64,000 nucleotides of DNA, from assembly GCA_964016885.1 (NCBI GenBank), contig OZ024741.1, forward strand, positions 366,978,001 through 367,042,000. Direction: 5' to 3'. Below are positions 11,618 to 24,701 of the stretch, one piece after another. The first letter of the stretch is position 1; each line of letters starts with the position of its first letter. Below the pieces are notes generated by a model, which was not told where the DNA came from, ran no database searches, and worked only from the letters and a program-made list of their open reading frames with translations. Both the position numbers and the translations under genes were made by a program. This DNA comes from Eledone cirrhosa (Eukaryota).

Positions 11618-12282
11618 TGTATATATATATATATAATATTTATGTGTGTGTACAAATCGAAAAAAAATTACACTAAAGGTAACATCTGCGTGGTCGCTTG
11701 ACCTGCTAAACATATTAGGAGCCAAATCTTCCTCAAATCATATCCTCATTAAAGTCATTCGAATATGTAATCTCTAATATACGAACAAGATGGGATGGTT
11801 GTTCGAGGCTAGAATCTCTTTCATCGTATTCTGTTCGATGTCGATATGGTATGGCCTTGGACTAACAAACAACTACAACAGTGAAAGCAAGAACACTCGA
11901 TCAAAGCTGGTTGGTTTTTCTGCAATGGTTTTTTAATTCGCCGTTCAAATTCCTCTACCCACTTCCTTTTCATTCATCTCTCTCACTCCCTCTTTCTCCT
12001 CCCTTTCTATTTACTCTCTTCTCCTATTCCTATAACGCAGCCACACCACTACGAATACGACACGATATAAAACCAACATACTATTCGCACACTTCTCTCT
12101 TAACTCCTTCCTCCGGTGCAAACCCAGTCATAACAATACGAATACGAAACGAAAACCTAACTAAACCAAACAATACTATATATAGCTAGTAACATGTGCT
12201 TACGCCGTATTTGACTAAATAAAATTAGTCTGTTAGTTGGGACTTTTAAAAAAACCCCTCTGAATGGAAAAAAGGATGAGTA

Positions 12283-12353
12283 TTGGCGTACACGGGATAC
12301 GAACCCACATCTTTGGTTTGCCGGACCAATGTACTACCATAAACAAAGCCTGC
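12283..12353 (-). pseudogene. tRNA-like sequence (tRNA-derived repeat head or pseudo-tRNA, anticodon position GGC)
   Basis: Minus strand has an anticodon arm TTGGT-CCGGCAA-ACCAA, a T arm GGG-TTCGTAT-CCC and downstream T-runs. The acceptor stem does not pair and U33 is missing, so it is not a functional tRNA. Confidence 0.55.
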
Positions 12354-12384
12354 TTTGTATCTTTCTATATATACTATTTGAGTT

Positions 12385-12668
12385 GGACAGCCGTGGGTTC
12401 CGACGACAGTGTTCCAGTTATTCGAATAACGGAACCGCCTGCTTGTAAAATTAATGTCAGTTATTGGGCATTCCAAAGACACGACCACCCTTAACGCAAT
12501 ACTCTGGGAGATTCAGTCTGACAAGACTGGCCCATTTAAGTTACAGGAACAACTCATTTTGCCAGCTGAGTGAACTGGAATAATGTGAAATAAAGTGTTT
12601 TACTGAAGGATACAGTGCAACACTGAGAATCAAACTCATGATTGTACAATTGTGAGCCATATACCTAG
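12385..12668 (-). mobile_element. SINE family B
   Basis: CTCATTTTGCCAGCTGAGTGAACTGGA..GTGAAATAAAGTG is the reverse complement of the core at 42760-42830. Confidence 0.75.
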
Positions 12669-12719
12669 TTTTGACACTTCTTGCTCTGACCACTCAAAGA
12701 AAATTACTAAGCTTGCATT

Positions 12720-13500
12720 TTCCACTACACAGTCATGCCATATCCTGTGACAGGACATAATACTATGCAACCCTCTCCACTATTTCAGATACAGCTACAA
12801 TGCTTTACAAGGCCAAGATGTTTCGCTATAATTTATTGATCGCAGGAAATTATTAGAAGGAATGAAAATCAGTGCTGCGAAGACTGAGACACTCATCATC
12901 CCAAGGAAGCCTGTGCAGTGCTCTCTACATGTGAGTAGAGTTCCACAGAAGCAGATGGAGAAATTAAAGTATTTTGGGGCTGTTTTCACAAGTAAAGATA
13001 GGCAGGAGGCTAAATTAAGTGCAATAAATGCAAGAGCTGGTGTAGTAATGTGCTAGCTTCAGCATTCTGTCATCAGACAAACGGAGGTAGGTGTAAAAGT
13101 CCAACTCGCTATCTTCAATTTGATATTCATGCCAACCCTTACCTATGGTAATCAATTTTGGGTAATGACCGAAAGAATATGATTGTGAATACCAGCGGCC
13201 AAAATGGGGTTCCTCCAAAGGGCCTTTGGAGTAACATGATAGAATGCATACCTCAGATATCAGGGAGTCACTCCAGGTAGAGCTGCTACTTCTCTGAATT
13301 GAGATATCACTGCTCCTATAGTATGGGCATGCAGTCAGAATATCTCGGGGAAAGAATCGCTGGACAGATTTTACAGGCAAACCAACTGGCAGCAGACCAA
13401 GGGGAAGACCCTGAGCAAGATAGTTCCATAACATCCATGAGCTCAGCTGGTCCTGCTGAGGAATCCGGCCAGATCAATTGGAGACAAGAAGGCATACTTG
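12720..13500 (+). mobile_element. RTE-clade LINE fragment (second subfamily), degenerate
   Basis: Plus-strand translation gives GMKISAAKTETL, MEKLKYFGAVFTS and IFMPTLTYGNQFWVMTER..AAKMGFLQR, with several stops. Boundaries are approximate. Confidence 0.8.
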
Positions 13501-15091
13501 AGGACTCTGCCCCCCCCCCCCCCCCAAAAAAAAAAGGAAGGAGAAGAAGAAGAGTTATAGAAATTAGTATAAAACTGTGATCCTTAAAGGCATGCTAATG
13601 CAACATTCTGAAGTCTGTCCAACTGATGGTTTTCCAGGTAGCTTTAATGATAGTGCCAGCCCCACATGTTTTTCGCTTCCTTCTACTCCCCACCTTCCTT
13701 CAATGGAATGAAAGGCAAACATACCTATACAAATATGATACAAAACTCTTTTGGCATGTTTTCTATGACTGAATACGCTTCCTTACACCAACCACTTTAC
13801 AGAGTGTATTGGGTGCATTTTATCATGGCACCAGCACTAGGGAGGTTGTCGGTTATTGATTCAACTGAAGAACCCCTTTGCTCTATGGGGTGGGTGGGAT
13901 GATGACCTATTGTTTAGGTGGGAGACAAGGCAGTAGGGTGGATAAGTATGATGTCAAGGGTGAGTGACAATAAGTGGGTGAGAAGGCAAGAGGACAAGTA
14001 TGGTGTCATGATGAAAGACAAGTCTGGTGGGATTTAAGGGGTGATAAAGTATGTTATGAGTGTATGACAATTATGGTGGATTTGGCAAGGTGATGTAAGA
14101 GAGGGAAGGTGTGGGTGTGTCCTCAGATAGAATGGACAATGATTATGAAAATAGTTTCTAATGAATTATGACTTATGTAAGCGATATTGAATAGAGTGAA
14201 GGGCTTTCAGTAATGATGAGAATAAGGGGCAATGATGGAGGGCGTTGAATGGGTCAGGCCACATTCTCTCTCTCTCTATATATATATGGCCGAGTGTATC
14301 TAGTTTAGAATAAGTACACTGTATCACTGCATGTTATGAGAAGCAACTAAAAGGGTTGGAAACACAAAGGGTATCCAGTTGTAAAATATTACTTCAGAAA
14401 ATATTGTCTAACCCATGTCAGCATGGAAAAGTTGACATGAAAATGGTAATGATGATGATGATATATATAGGCGAAGATACAGGACCGAGATCTCTGGCAA
14501 TATACAGTACTGTAGAAAACCCGCCTTCCCAAGTACACAGGATAAAACACACATCTAGAGGACATTAGTATGCACCAAATCTCCATCACCCTGTCCATAC
14601 ACCTCCCTTCTTCACCATCTAATTACTCCACTTTAAACCTATCTCTCCAATCCCCATCCTGCATACACACATCATACTGTCCTCTTCCACATCTGATATA
14701 CCTCTCTTGGACAAGCTCTCCCACAATATTGCTGCAATGGCAAAAAGCTGTTAGTTCACCCTGTAAGATGGTCATGTTGATGATATAACAAAAACCCTTA
14801 GTCCACCATGTAAGTTGGTTATGCTGGTGACACGACAATTAAGCACTCATTCATTCTGTAAAATGGTTGTGTTGGTGACACGGCGAAAAGCATTCAATCC
14901 ACACAGTAAGATTATCCTGTCATAGAAAAAACAGTTCGGAATGAGCAAGACACGGTCACCTGATCTCATTTGTTTCACAACGGGACAACTCGTCTAACCC
15001 ATGCTAGCGCGGAAAATAGACGTTAGTGATAATGATGATACGTATAAATTCAAACTCTGTATCTCTCTCACACACACACATATATATATAG

Positions 15092-15263
15092 TTATTTCTA
15101 CTTTTGGCACAAGGGCAGCAATTATCGTATTGCATTACTGGTACTTTATTTTATCGACCCCGTAATGATGAAAGGCAAAGTTAACCTCGGCGGGATTTGA
15201 ACTCAGACCGTAAAGGGCCATAACTCAATGTTGCAAAGCATGGCGTCCGACACTCTACCGATA
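15092..15263 (-). mobile_element. SINE family A, immediately upstream of the SRPK promoter
   Basis: High similarity to the reverse complement of 31497-31685; no A>G cluster. Confidence 0.9.
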
Positions 15264-15309
15264 TGTATGGTATACAAATATTGGTCTCCAAAATTTAAGT
15301 ACATTTGTC

Positions 15310-15624
15310 ATAATGACGTCACAGTATACTCTATCTTATCGTACAATGCCATCTCTCCTTCTACCTCTAATGTAATTGTATCGATACGAAAACAGACCAC
15401 GCCAAACATCATGCAAACTATATACAGTAATATCTCTCATCATATCAAACCGAACCGAACAGAACGAAACCGGACTAAAATACTGAGTAAAAAAAGAAAA
15501 CCGGAAGTTCCCATGATGCTTCTTGTCCAAAGTGTAGAGATGCGCAGTATATCACAGGAAATAGCAATAGTCACACTTGCAGCCAATATATAACACAGTT
15601 ATTACACAGAGGAGGCAGGAGGAG
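15310..15624 (+). promoter_or_regulatory. SRPK promoter and 5' UTR
   Basis: TGACGTCA (CRE) 15314-15321, TATCGATA (DRE) 15379-15386, CCGGAAGT (ETS) 15501-15508, TTCCCATGATGC (ZNF143/STAF-like) 15508-15519 and TGCGCA 15541-15546, all directly 5' of the ATG exon. Confidence 0.7.
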
Positions 15625-15649
15625 ATGAGCTCCAAAATACCTCGCAAAG
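15625..15649 (+). CDS. SRPK: SR-protein kinase (SRPK1/2-like), coding exon 1: MSSKIPRK + G (phase 1)
   Basis: GAGATG start and AAG|GTAAAT donor. It splices in frame to exon 2 and resembles the recalled vertebrate starts MERKVLALQARKK (SRPK1) and MSSRKVLAIQARK (SRPK2). Confidence 0.8.
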
Positions 15650-17658
15650 GTAAATTGTTATAAAACCTATGTTAAAAAAAAAAAAATAATTAGTGTAGAG
15701 CGTGTGTGAAAGAATGAGAAAGAAAAATATCTGTAAATGAATTAATAGTAAAATTATATTAGAAAAACAGTGACAGTGTGAGCAAGTGAAAGAAAAAGAC
15801 GAAGTATAGAGTGAAAGAAAATATATATAAATGAATAGTAAAATTAAATAAGAAACGCATTGAAAGAGAAAATCAAGCTGAAAATAAAAGTGTGTTTAAG
15901 AAGATATGCGTGTATGTATGTATGTATATATATATATATATATATATATTAACAAAATTAAAGAGGAGGATAATGATGGAGATGCAGTGACGGTGTTGCT
16001 GGTGGAAATGGTGACAACAAAACAAATGACCACCACAAATAACCTCTTTCTTTTCAGACATCGCACAAATATGTGAGAAGAAAAATATATTTTGGTTGGT
16101 TGGGGTTTTAAAACCTTTTTAGTGTGTGTGTTATGTTTTATTTATAAAAAATGTTTTTCTTTAGTCCTAAATCTACTGTTGTCTCTTTAGAATGTAATTT
16201 TCTAATGTTTAAATGTCTCTAACCGTCTTTCAACACACGCACACTTAGTCTCTAAATGCACACACATATATATATATATATTACTTAAAACATTCAAACA
16301 TTAACTGAATAAGCTCTCTCTGTATGTATATATATAATATACACATGTATATATATGCAGTTAATGTTCGTCAGTTCTTTTCGTATCTTAGATAAATAAT
16401 AGTAAAAACGGCCTCCAACTCTACACAAAAATATATAATTATAATAAAAACAGAAAACTCTTTCAATGTTGCTCGAGCGAGTAGAAATAACAGCTAGAAT
16501 CTCCCTCGTTAATAAAATCCCACAATTTGAGATAGTATGGCTGCGGGTGTATATACACTACGTGTAGACAAACGATGCGATGGTCATGGATGGAATGCCT
16601 TTGATCATAAGTGTATCGCCATAATCAGGGCTGACAGCTGAAATAATACTCTGAAAAATAAAAGCCATTATATATGTATATATATATATCCCTTCTACTT
16701 ATATCTGTATATATATATGTAATGACATACATATACACTCACACTAAAAAATGTAAACCCCTTTTCTGAAAATACGTTTCCATTTCAGTCGTTCTCGTTA
16801 GCAACGAAGCCATAGGAATTTTCAAATGTATTAAAAACAAACCGTCATAAACAAAACTGAGAAGAACGTTTTTTTTAGTTAACTCCCCAAAACTCGTATA
16901 TTATAATTTTAAATTATTGATTTACTTATTTTCATATATATATATTGACATACATTTGTAAACCTATTTACAATTTATAGATATTCTTATGGAGTAAAAG
17001 TATATATATATATATGATAATTAATGTTTCTACTTTTGGCACAAGGCCAGCAATTATCATTCCAGTGCATTACTGGTGTTTTATTTTAAATAATAATATT
17101 AAAAGGGACGATTTGTCTTCATTACGTTTATATATATATAGACATACATTTGTAAACCTATTTACAATTTATATATATTATGGAGTAAAAGTATATTATA
17201 TATATACATGACAGTATGTGTATACACATAGATATAACATATTTATACACTATATATACACATGTTAAAATTGCCTCTTTAAAATTTTAAATATTTCTTA
17301 TCTTTTTATTGGTTGTCTATTTTTGTTATTGCTGATAGGACGCTAAATTACTGGATTACCATTTTATATATATATATACATAATCCCCCTCTTTATATAA
17401 TATAATTATATATGTAAATATTTTTTTTTACATATACTTGTATTTACAAATAAATATGTGTAAATATGTTCCATGATATGTGTATATACATGCATAATAA
17501 CCAAACCAGGATAAATACAATGTATTTGTCCTGGTTTGGTTATAGTGGCGGCCCTACGGTTGCTATTGTAACGTTTCAATTATGGAGTTCCTTGTGGCAA
17601 AAACAGACTACAGCAATTGTTTTCATTGCTATTAACCTTATTCTGTTTCTTCTCCCAG

Positions 17659-17728
17659 CCCTGGCACTCCAGGCGAGGAAAAAACGGACGAAGGCAAAAG
17701 CAAGATTCAAAGAAGAAAAGAAACGCTC
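17659..17728 (+). CDS. SRPK: SR-protein kinase (SRPK1/2-like), coding exon 2: ALALQARKKRTKAKARFKEEKKRS (phase 1 to phase 2)
   Basis: Polypyrimidine acceptor TTCTGTTTCTTCTCCCAG and consensus donor GTAAGT. LALQARKKRTKAK is identical to the human SRPK1 N-terminus as I recall it (MERKVLALQARKKRTKAKKDKAQRK). Confidence 0.88.
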
Positions 17729-17792
17729 GTAAGTCTTTTTCTTTTAATTTTCATCCATACATTCTCTCCATCTCTCTCTTTCTATATCTCTG

Positions 17793-17850
<58 letters not shown>

Positions 17851-19879
17851 CATTTGTCTATATCCTCATTTTCCCTCCCGTTTCTTGATGTCCGTTTTTT
17901 CTTTTTTTCCAAAATATGGTAAATTGTCTTCGGATTATTCTGACATTTTAACTTTTTTTTTTGTTTCTGAGAGTTAATCAAATGTTTAGGGCAAGACGGT
18001 ATTATTCATAAAGTGCCTGTTATGGTTATTTTTCGTTTTGAATTGCCAGATGGGGCATTCGCCCTTGATTTGGATGTTAATCTACATCTACGTACCGCCT
18101 CACTCGACTTTACTTTGAAGAAACACGCGAAACTTTGAAACATCGCGAGTTCTTTTTTTTTATCGAAATATGATTTTGGTGGTTTCTATTTTTATTGAGG
18201 GTCAAATCAGGGTTAGAGTTTAATCTATATCTATCACCCGAAATTATTCCGAAAAATATGAACCTCAAGGTATTATGTCTCTTACTCTAAGTGGTGGTGG
18301 TGGCTTGTCTCTTACCCCGATCCGTTTCAAATACTAAAATCGTTTTTCACTATGTAAAAATACATGAATTAATAACACTGCCGTCTCGTGTCATTTGCAA
18401 AATATTAAATGGATGTTGCCTCGTGGTCTCGGTAGAAAAAATTGCGAACGCCTTACTCCTACAAATTTAACAGCTATCAGAATTGTACTATTTTCTTCCT
18501 GTAACACTCGTAGGTACTCTTCGTTTAGTGCCTAGACCATACCATGACTTCATTATCTTTAAAAAAAAAACCGGATTCACACACCTTTGATAATGTAACC
18601 GAGGGTGTGGGTTGTGTACTATGGCTAGAAAAAAATCGATCGTATGGTAGCCCAGACTGTTAGAAACTGACGGTGAACGAACCTCCCCTATTTCACTATT
18701 TTAATTTAAAAAACAACACACGTGTGTGGGGATTATGGCACTATATCCAGAAAAAAAGGCGGTAGGATTGTCATGTTTGGAATATCTTTGATCATTGGTC
18801 TGTCTAGTCACCGAAAGGTTGTATAGAGCAGAGTGGGTGATGGAGGAGCATGTTTCATTTTGATAGTTGTTCCTCTCGGCTTGCTAGAAGTAGTGGACAA
18901 AATCTGTTAATTATATATTTCAAGTAAAAGAAATGGACACAGTCGTTGATCTAATCCTAGATACACTACGCCTAAATAAAACTGGTTGGATACGACTGGA
19001 AACGCTAGCTTAGTTTAGTTATGACCTACAGTTATAAACTCATAAACATGTGAAATCACGTCGTTTCGTCATCATCAAGGCCACACGTGAATGAATGTAT
19101 CTATCTATCTATCGCCCTTGTGGCAAATAAAGAAATATATCTATATCTCTCTCCCTCTCCCTCTCTATACACGCATACACAGTCCCAAATAAATATATAC
19201 ACTTTTGCCTGTACAGGTAATCAAAGTGTGTATACATTTGTGCGGGGGTGGGGGGGATATTCTATATATGTACATACATACATGCACACACACATTCACG
19301 TGTAGCAAGATGATTATATATAGTGTAAGTGGCATCATTCGCAAAACTCATTAAACTGATCCCACCCGGCTTCTCTCTCTCTCTCATATGTATGTATATA
19401 ATATACACACACAGCATCCATTTTGTCTTTTCCTTTTTTATTCCCTTCTACATACATTCACACCCGTTTTATGATGTATATAAAGTTTGCATAGCATTTT
19501 TACCCACGTTTCTCTCTCTCTACATTTCTCATCATCGCCGCCATCACCGATTTCATTGCCTTTATATTTTCTTAATGCTTGCTTGATTCTTGTTAACTAA
19601 GATAAATTGTAATGGTGTAGTCAGTTCACACGCGTGTTCGTGTTCGATTGAGAAAATACGATTTTGTGCTCGTTATCTTTTTTTATTTCTTTTAATTAAG
19701 AATTCATATTTTTGATGAGTCTGTAAGGAGGACTTGCTTAGGGTATTCAAGGAAATATGATTTTAAAAAAACCCTTAAAAGATGAACTTTTCAATCGAAT
19801 GTGTCTATGTATATATGATAGTGTGTGTGCATATATATATATAGTGAAAGAGTGAAGAATAACATGGTAATTTGTTATC

Positions 19880-19922
<43 letters not shown>

Positions 19923-21779
19923 TAGATCATGTGTAAATGTGATTGGTATTAGGACAGGCATCCACATGTAACCAACCCGGCCAAATTTACAGTCTTGGTC
20001 GGAGCAAGGTACGGCAAGGCCAACTCTGCCTCCCGGCCTGGACGATCCATCTAACCCATGCAAGCATGGAAAAATGGACGCTAAACGATGCTGATGATAT
20101 ATATGTATTTGTGCATGTATGGATTTTTTTTTCTTCTCTCATTCATATATCACTTTTTACAAACATTTGTTGGACTTTTTCGTATATATATATCGGGGGT
20201 GGGGTGCTTTTTGATGTTTTATCATCGCTATTCATTTTTAAATGGAAAACAGGTGTACGATCTTACTTTGTCATTTTAAAGTTTTCACGCCCTAACTACA
20301 ATCACCATTATTTACTTGAGCTTTCCATCGTCTGTTCTTTTATATAATTTGATACACATATATATTATATATATTTTTAATGTCTGACTTTTGAATAGTC
20401 TTCTGGTAAGACATTTTTTTTACTGTGTGGGGTGGGGTGGGGGTGAAACAGTTTCTAAAGAATAGACCGACTTATTCTTTAATAATCTTTCCTCAGCCTG
20501 TTATTTTTTTTAATGAAGGCAAGCTTAAATAAGTTTACATCAGCATGGAAAACAGGATTAAAATTATATTCTTGAATATTGTGTGTGTGTGTGTGTGTGA
20601 ATGAGGAAGGTGGGCATATGCTAGAGAGAAATGGATGAGCTGAGAGAAAAACTGAACAGAAGAAACATTAAGGTGCAGTGTGCAGGAGAGAAGATTGCAC
20701 TTGCAGAGGTGATGAAAGCTGTCCTCACGAAACTAAACCACAAATGGGATAAGAAACAAGTGCAGAGAGAGATGTTGTATTGGAGAGAACTCGTCTAACC
20801 TATATATTTAAAAACAATGATGATGATGCCTCCATTATTCCATGGGTATTATCCAACACAATATCTACCACATGTTGCATTTTTTGTCATCTCATTCCTC
20901 TTGAGATCAACTTATACCACTGGCACTTACTTAACTGCCTTCCTCCATATGCATCACACCAAATTCCTCTTTTTTTCAGTTTTTCTATCAGATCATATGT
21001 ACATATGCTTGCCTCATTTCTTTTCAACCTTCACACATCCAGCATATTTAAGGTTCATCATCATCATCATCATTTAACGTCCATGTTCCACGCTTGCATG
21101 GGTTTGGACGGGAGTTTTCCAACTTGAGGCAAGAGTGGTTGTCTTGCTCGCATAGGACTGTCTGGCGGGTTTTCTACAGTTGGATGCCCTTCCTAACACC
21201 AACCACATTTACAGTGTGGGACTGGGAGGTTTTTACCGTGTTGCCTACACGGCCACATTACAGCGTGGACTGCGTTTTTTTGTCGTGACACCTACACGAT
21301 CTCATTTGTTTCGGCCTGGATGTTGTGGCACCAACATAACTTCATGTTTCAAAACCATGCAACATTGCACTTCATATACAATCATCACACAATTTGTCCT
21401 TCATACTGAGAAGAAAACCCCTTTGTTGTCAGCGAAAGTAATAATCAGTCCCAAACCTTTTCCAGTCCATTGTTACTCTGACTACTATACTTTTAGAACA
21501 ACTATCTCCTATGCTAATTTCTTCATCTAAGTTAAGACAAGCCTGCAACTAATTGCTAACTACTCAAGTGCAACTGTTACATACAAAAGTTATGTCATCT
21601 GGTGCACTTATAGTTTATATAAGGTACACCATATGGAATTCCAACCTATACCTTTTGATTATCAAGTGTGGTCACTTCCTAGTGGTGTCAGCTATGAGAA
21701 GTAGGTCATCCGCACAAGTTTCCATAGACAGATGGTCTTAAACTCCTGTTATATCTTGCAGAACTAATAAACTGGAAAG

Positions 21780-22060
21780 CAACATGCATTCTGTAGTCAT
21801 TTTGCCTGCTAAAACGGGGGTCAACCGTCTTCATTTTGATCGATCTTCTGTATACCCCCTCACCAACATCTTGGCTTTCATTTCGTCTGCCATCATCTTC
21901 AGCCTTATATTTCTTTTTCTTCCCCATCCTCAACACATGACCCAACTATCTCAGTCCATTTCTCTCCACAACACTCACCACTGGCTCGATTCCCATCTTC
22001 TGTAATTCATTGCCTTCCTTGATTGACACCTGCTTGCATGATAAATTCTTTACTGAGTGC
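21780..22060 (-). mobile_element. Old RTE LINE C-terminal fragment
   Basis: Minus strand reads ..LSWVMC/GHVLRMG, the RTE 'WxGHVxRM' region; heavily decayed. Similar fragments lie at ~33070-33250 (+, RMRWLGHVLNM) and ~33400-33720 (-). Confidence 0.55.
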
Positions 22061-22321
22061 ATCTATGTACATGGCTTGCATAACTCTCACAAGACACTTA
22101 TATATCTTAGCAATAATCAGACTGCACAACGTGGTATCTTGTCAAAGGCCTTTAGATCAACAAATGCTAAGTAGAGTTGTTTGCTCCTAGCTAAGAACTT
22201 CTGTAGTTCACTTACTAAAAACATGGTATTCGCAGTACCCGATTTGGGGATAAATCAACCCAAACTGCATCTCATCTAAGCTAACTTCCCTTCTGTTACT
22301 TTCATAATCTGGTCCAATTTG

Positions 22322-22375
<54 letters not shown>

Positions 22376-22424
22376 TACATACATACATACATACATACAC
22401 ACATATTCATTCACCCCCCCCCCC

Positions 22425-22463
<39 letters not shown>

Positions 22464-22602
22464 GTCCTTATGTATTGAAATGAGATATTTGCAGTTTGTC
22501 TGCTGCTGCAAGTTGTTTAGTTGAGTCATCAGTTGTGATGACGCCGGTCGCGAACGATATTTATTTCAAAAACGATCTTTTGTTAAAATCATTTGAAACT
22601 CG

Positions 22603-22640
<38 letters not shown>

Positions 22641-22918
22641 CCTCCCCCTGTCTCTCGCGTTCGTTCAGCAGTTGTATGTTGGCGAAAGCTAACTAGGCCT
22701 TTGAATGAATATGTATGTATGTATATATATATATATATATATACATATATATTAGTTCTTTCAAAAGAGAGTTGTTAGAAATGAATGAAGTTAGTGAAAT
22801 ATTTGGAATGTTTGTGTGTCTGTAATTTAGTCAGTTCGTCACCTATCCCCCCCCCCCTCTCTTTAAATATGGAGTTGGTGAAGGCCGTGTAGTAAATGTA
22901 TAAAGACGAGATTATAAC

Positions 22919-22956
<38 letters not shown>

Positions 22957-22976
22957 GGGCTTGCAGTAGTAGTAAT

Positions 22977-23137
22977 AATTGTTTCTACTTTTGGCACAAA
23001 GCCAGCAATTATACAGGTATATTACTGGTACTTTATTTTATCGACCCCATAAGGATGAAAGGCAAAGTTAACCTCGGCGGGATTTGAACTCAGATCATAA
23101 AGGGACGCAACTCTATGCTTCAAAGCATGGTGTCCGA
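22977..23137 (-). mobile_element. SINE family A (unedited intronic copy)
   Basis: Matches the family consensus; used as a reference for the A>G comparison. Confidence 0.9.
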
Positions 23138-23421
23138 GTAGTAATAATAATTGATGTAATGCCGGTTTGTTTTCTCGAATTTTGTTTGTGGAAGTGTTTC
23201 TCGACCAGCTGAGTACAATGATGGTTTTGTCATGTTTGTTAGTCAGTCAGTCATCTTAAGTAACAAGTCGTGGTTTTAAATGAAATGGCAAAGGAGAGAG
23301 ACAGTCACAGAGAGTAGGGGGATGTGAGTGATAAAAAATGTTTGAATATGAAACGGCTTTTCCGATACTTATTTTTGTTTTAGATACTTTTCTTACCGGA
23401 AACGCGTGTTTCATAATAATG

Positions 23422-23452
<31 letters not shown>

Positions 23453-23658
23453 TCCGTCAGCTAACGAAGTTATATCAATGGATGATACAGGGTAAATAAA
23501 TCCACAGCCGATTTTGTCTCTCTTCACAGTCAACTCTCAATGTCTTTCTGTTACTATATTCAACATGTTTTAGATGATTCCCCCTCATTGCTTATAATTC
23601 ATTGACCAGTTTATCTTGAAAAATTGTTTGTACTTTAGAAATATACGTGGCACACACA

Positions 23659-24527
<869 letters not shown>

Positions 24528-24649
24528 GTAAAGATATTTTTCATTTATTAATATTGTTAATATTAATGATACTCCAGATACAATTTGTAGAGTGCTTCTA
24601 ATCTGTTGTAAAATTTTTATTGCATAATCAACAAATCATATAACTCATT

Positions 24650-24701
<52 letters not shown>

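Noticed and set aside
12283-12353. Functional tRNA-Ala(GGC)
   Set aside because: The acceptor stem is unpaired, the D arm is poor and position 33 is C; kept only as a tRNA-derived remnant.
17466-17732. 88-aa ORF with a hydrophobic stretch, suggesting a membrane protein
   Set aside because: Only the last 24 codons are exon 2; the hydrophobic part is the translated branch-point and polypyrimidine tract of intron 1.
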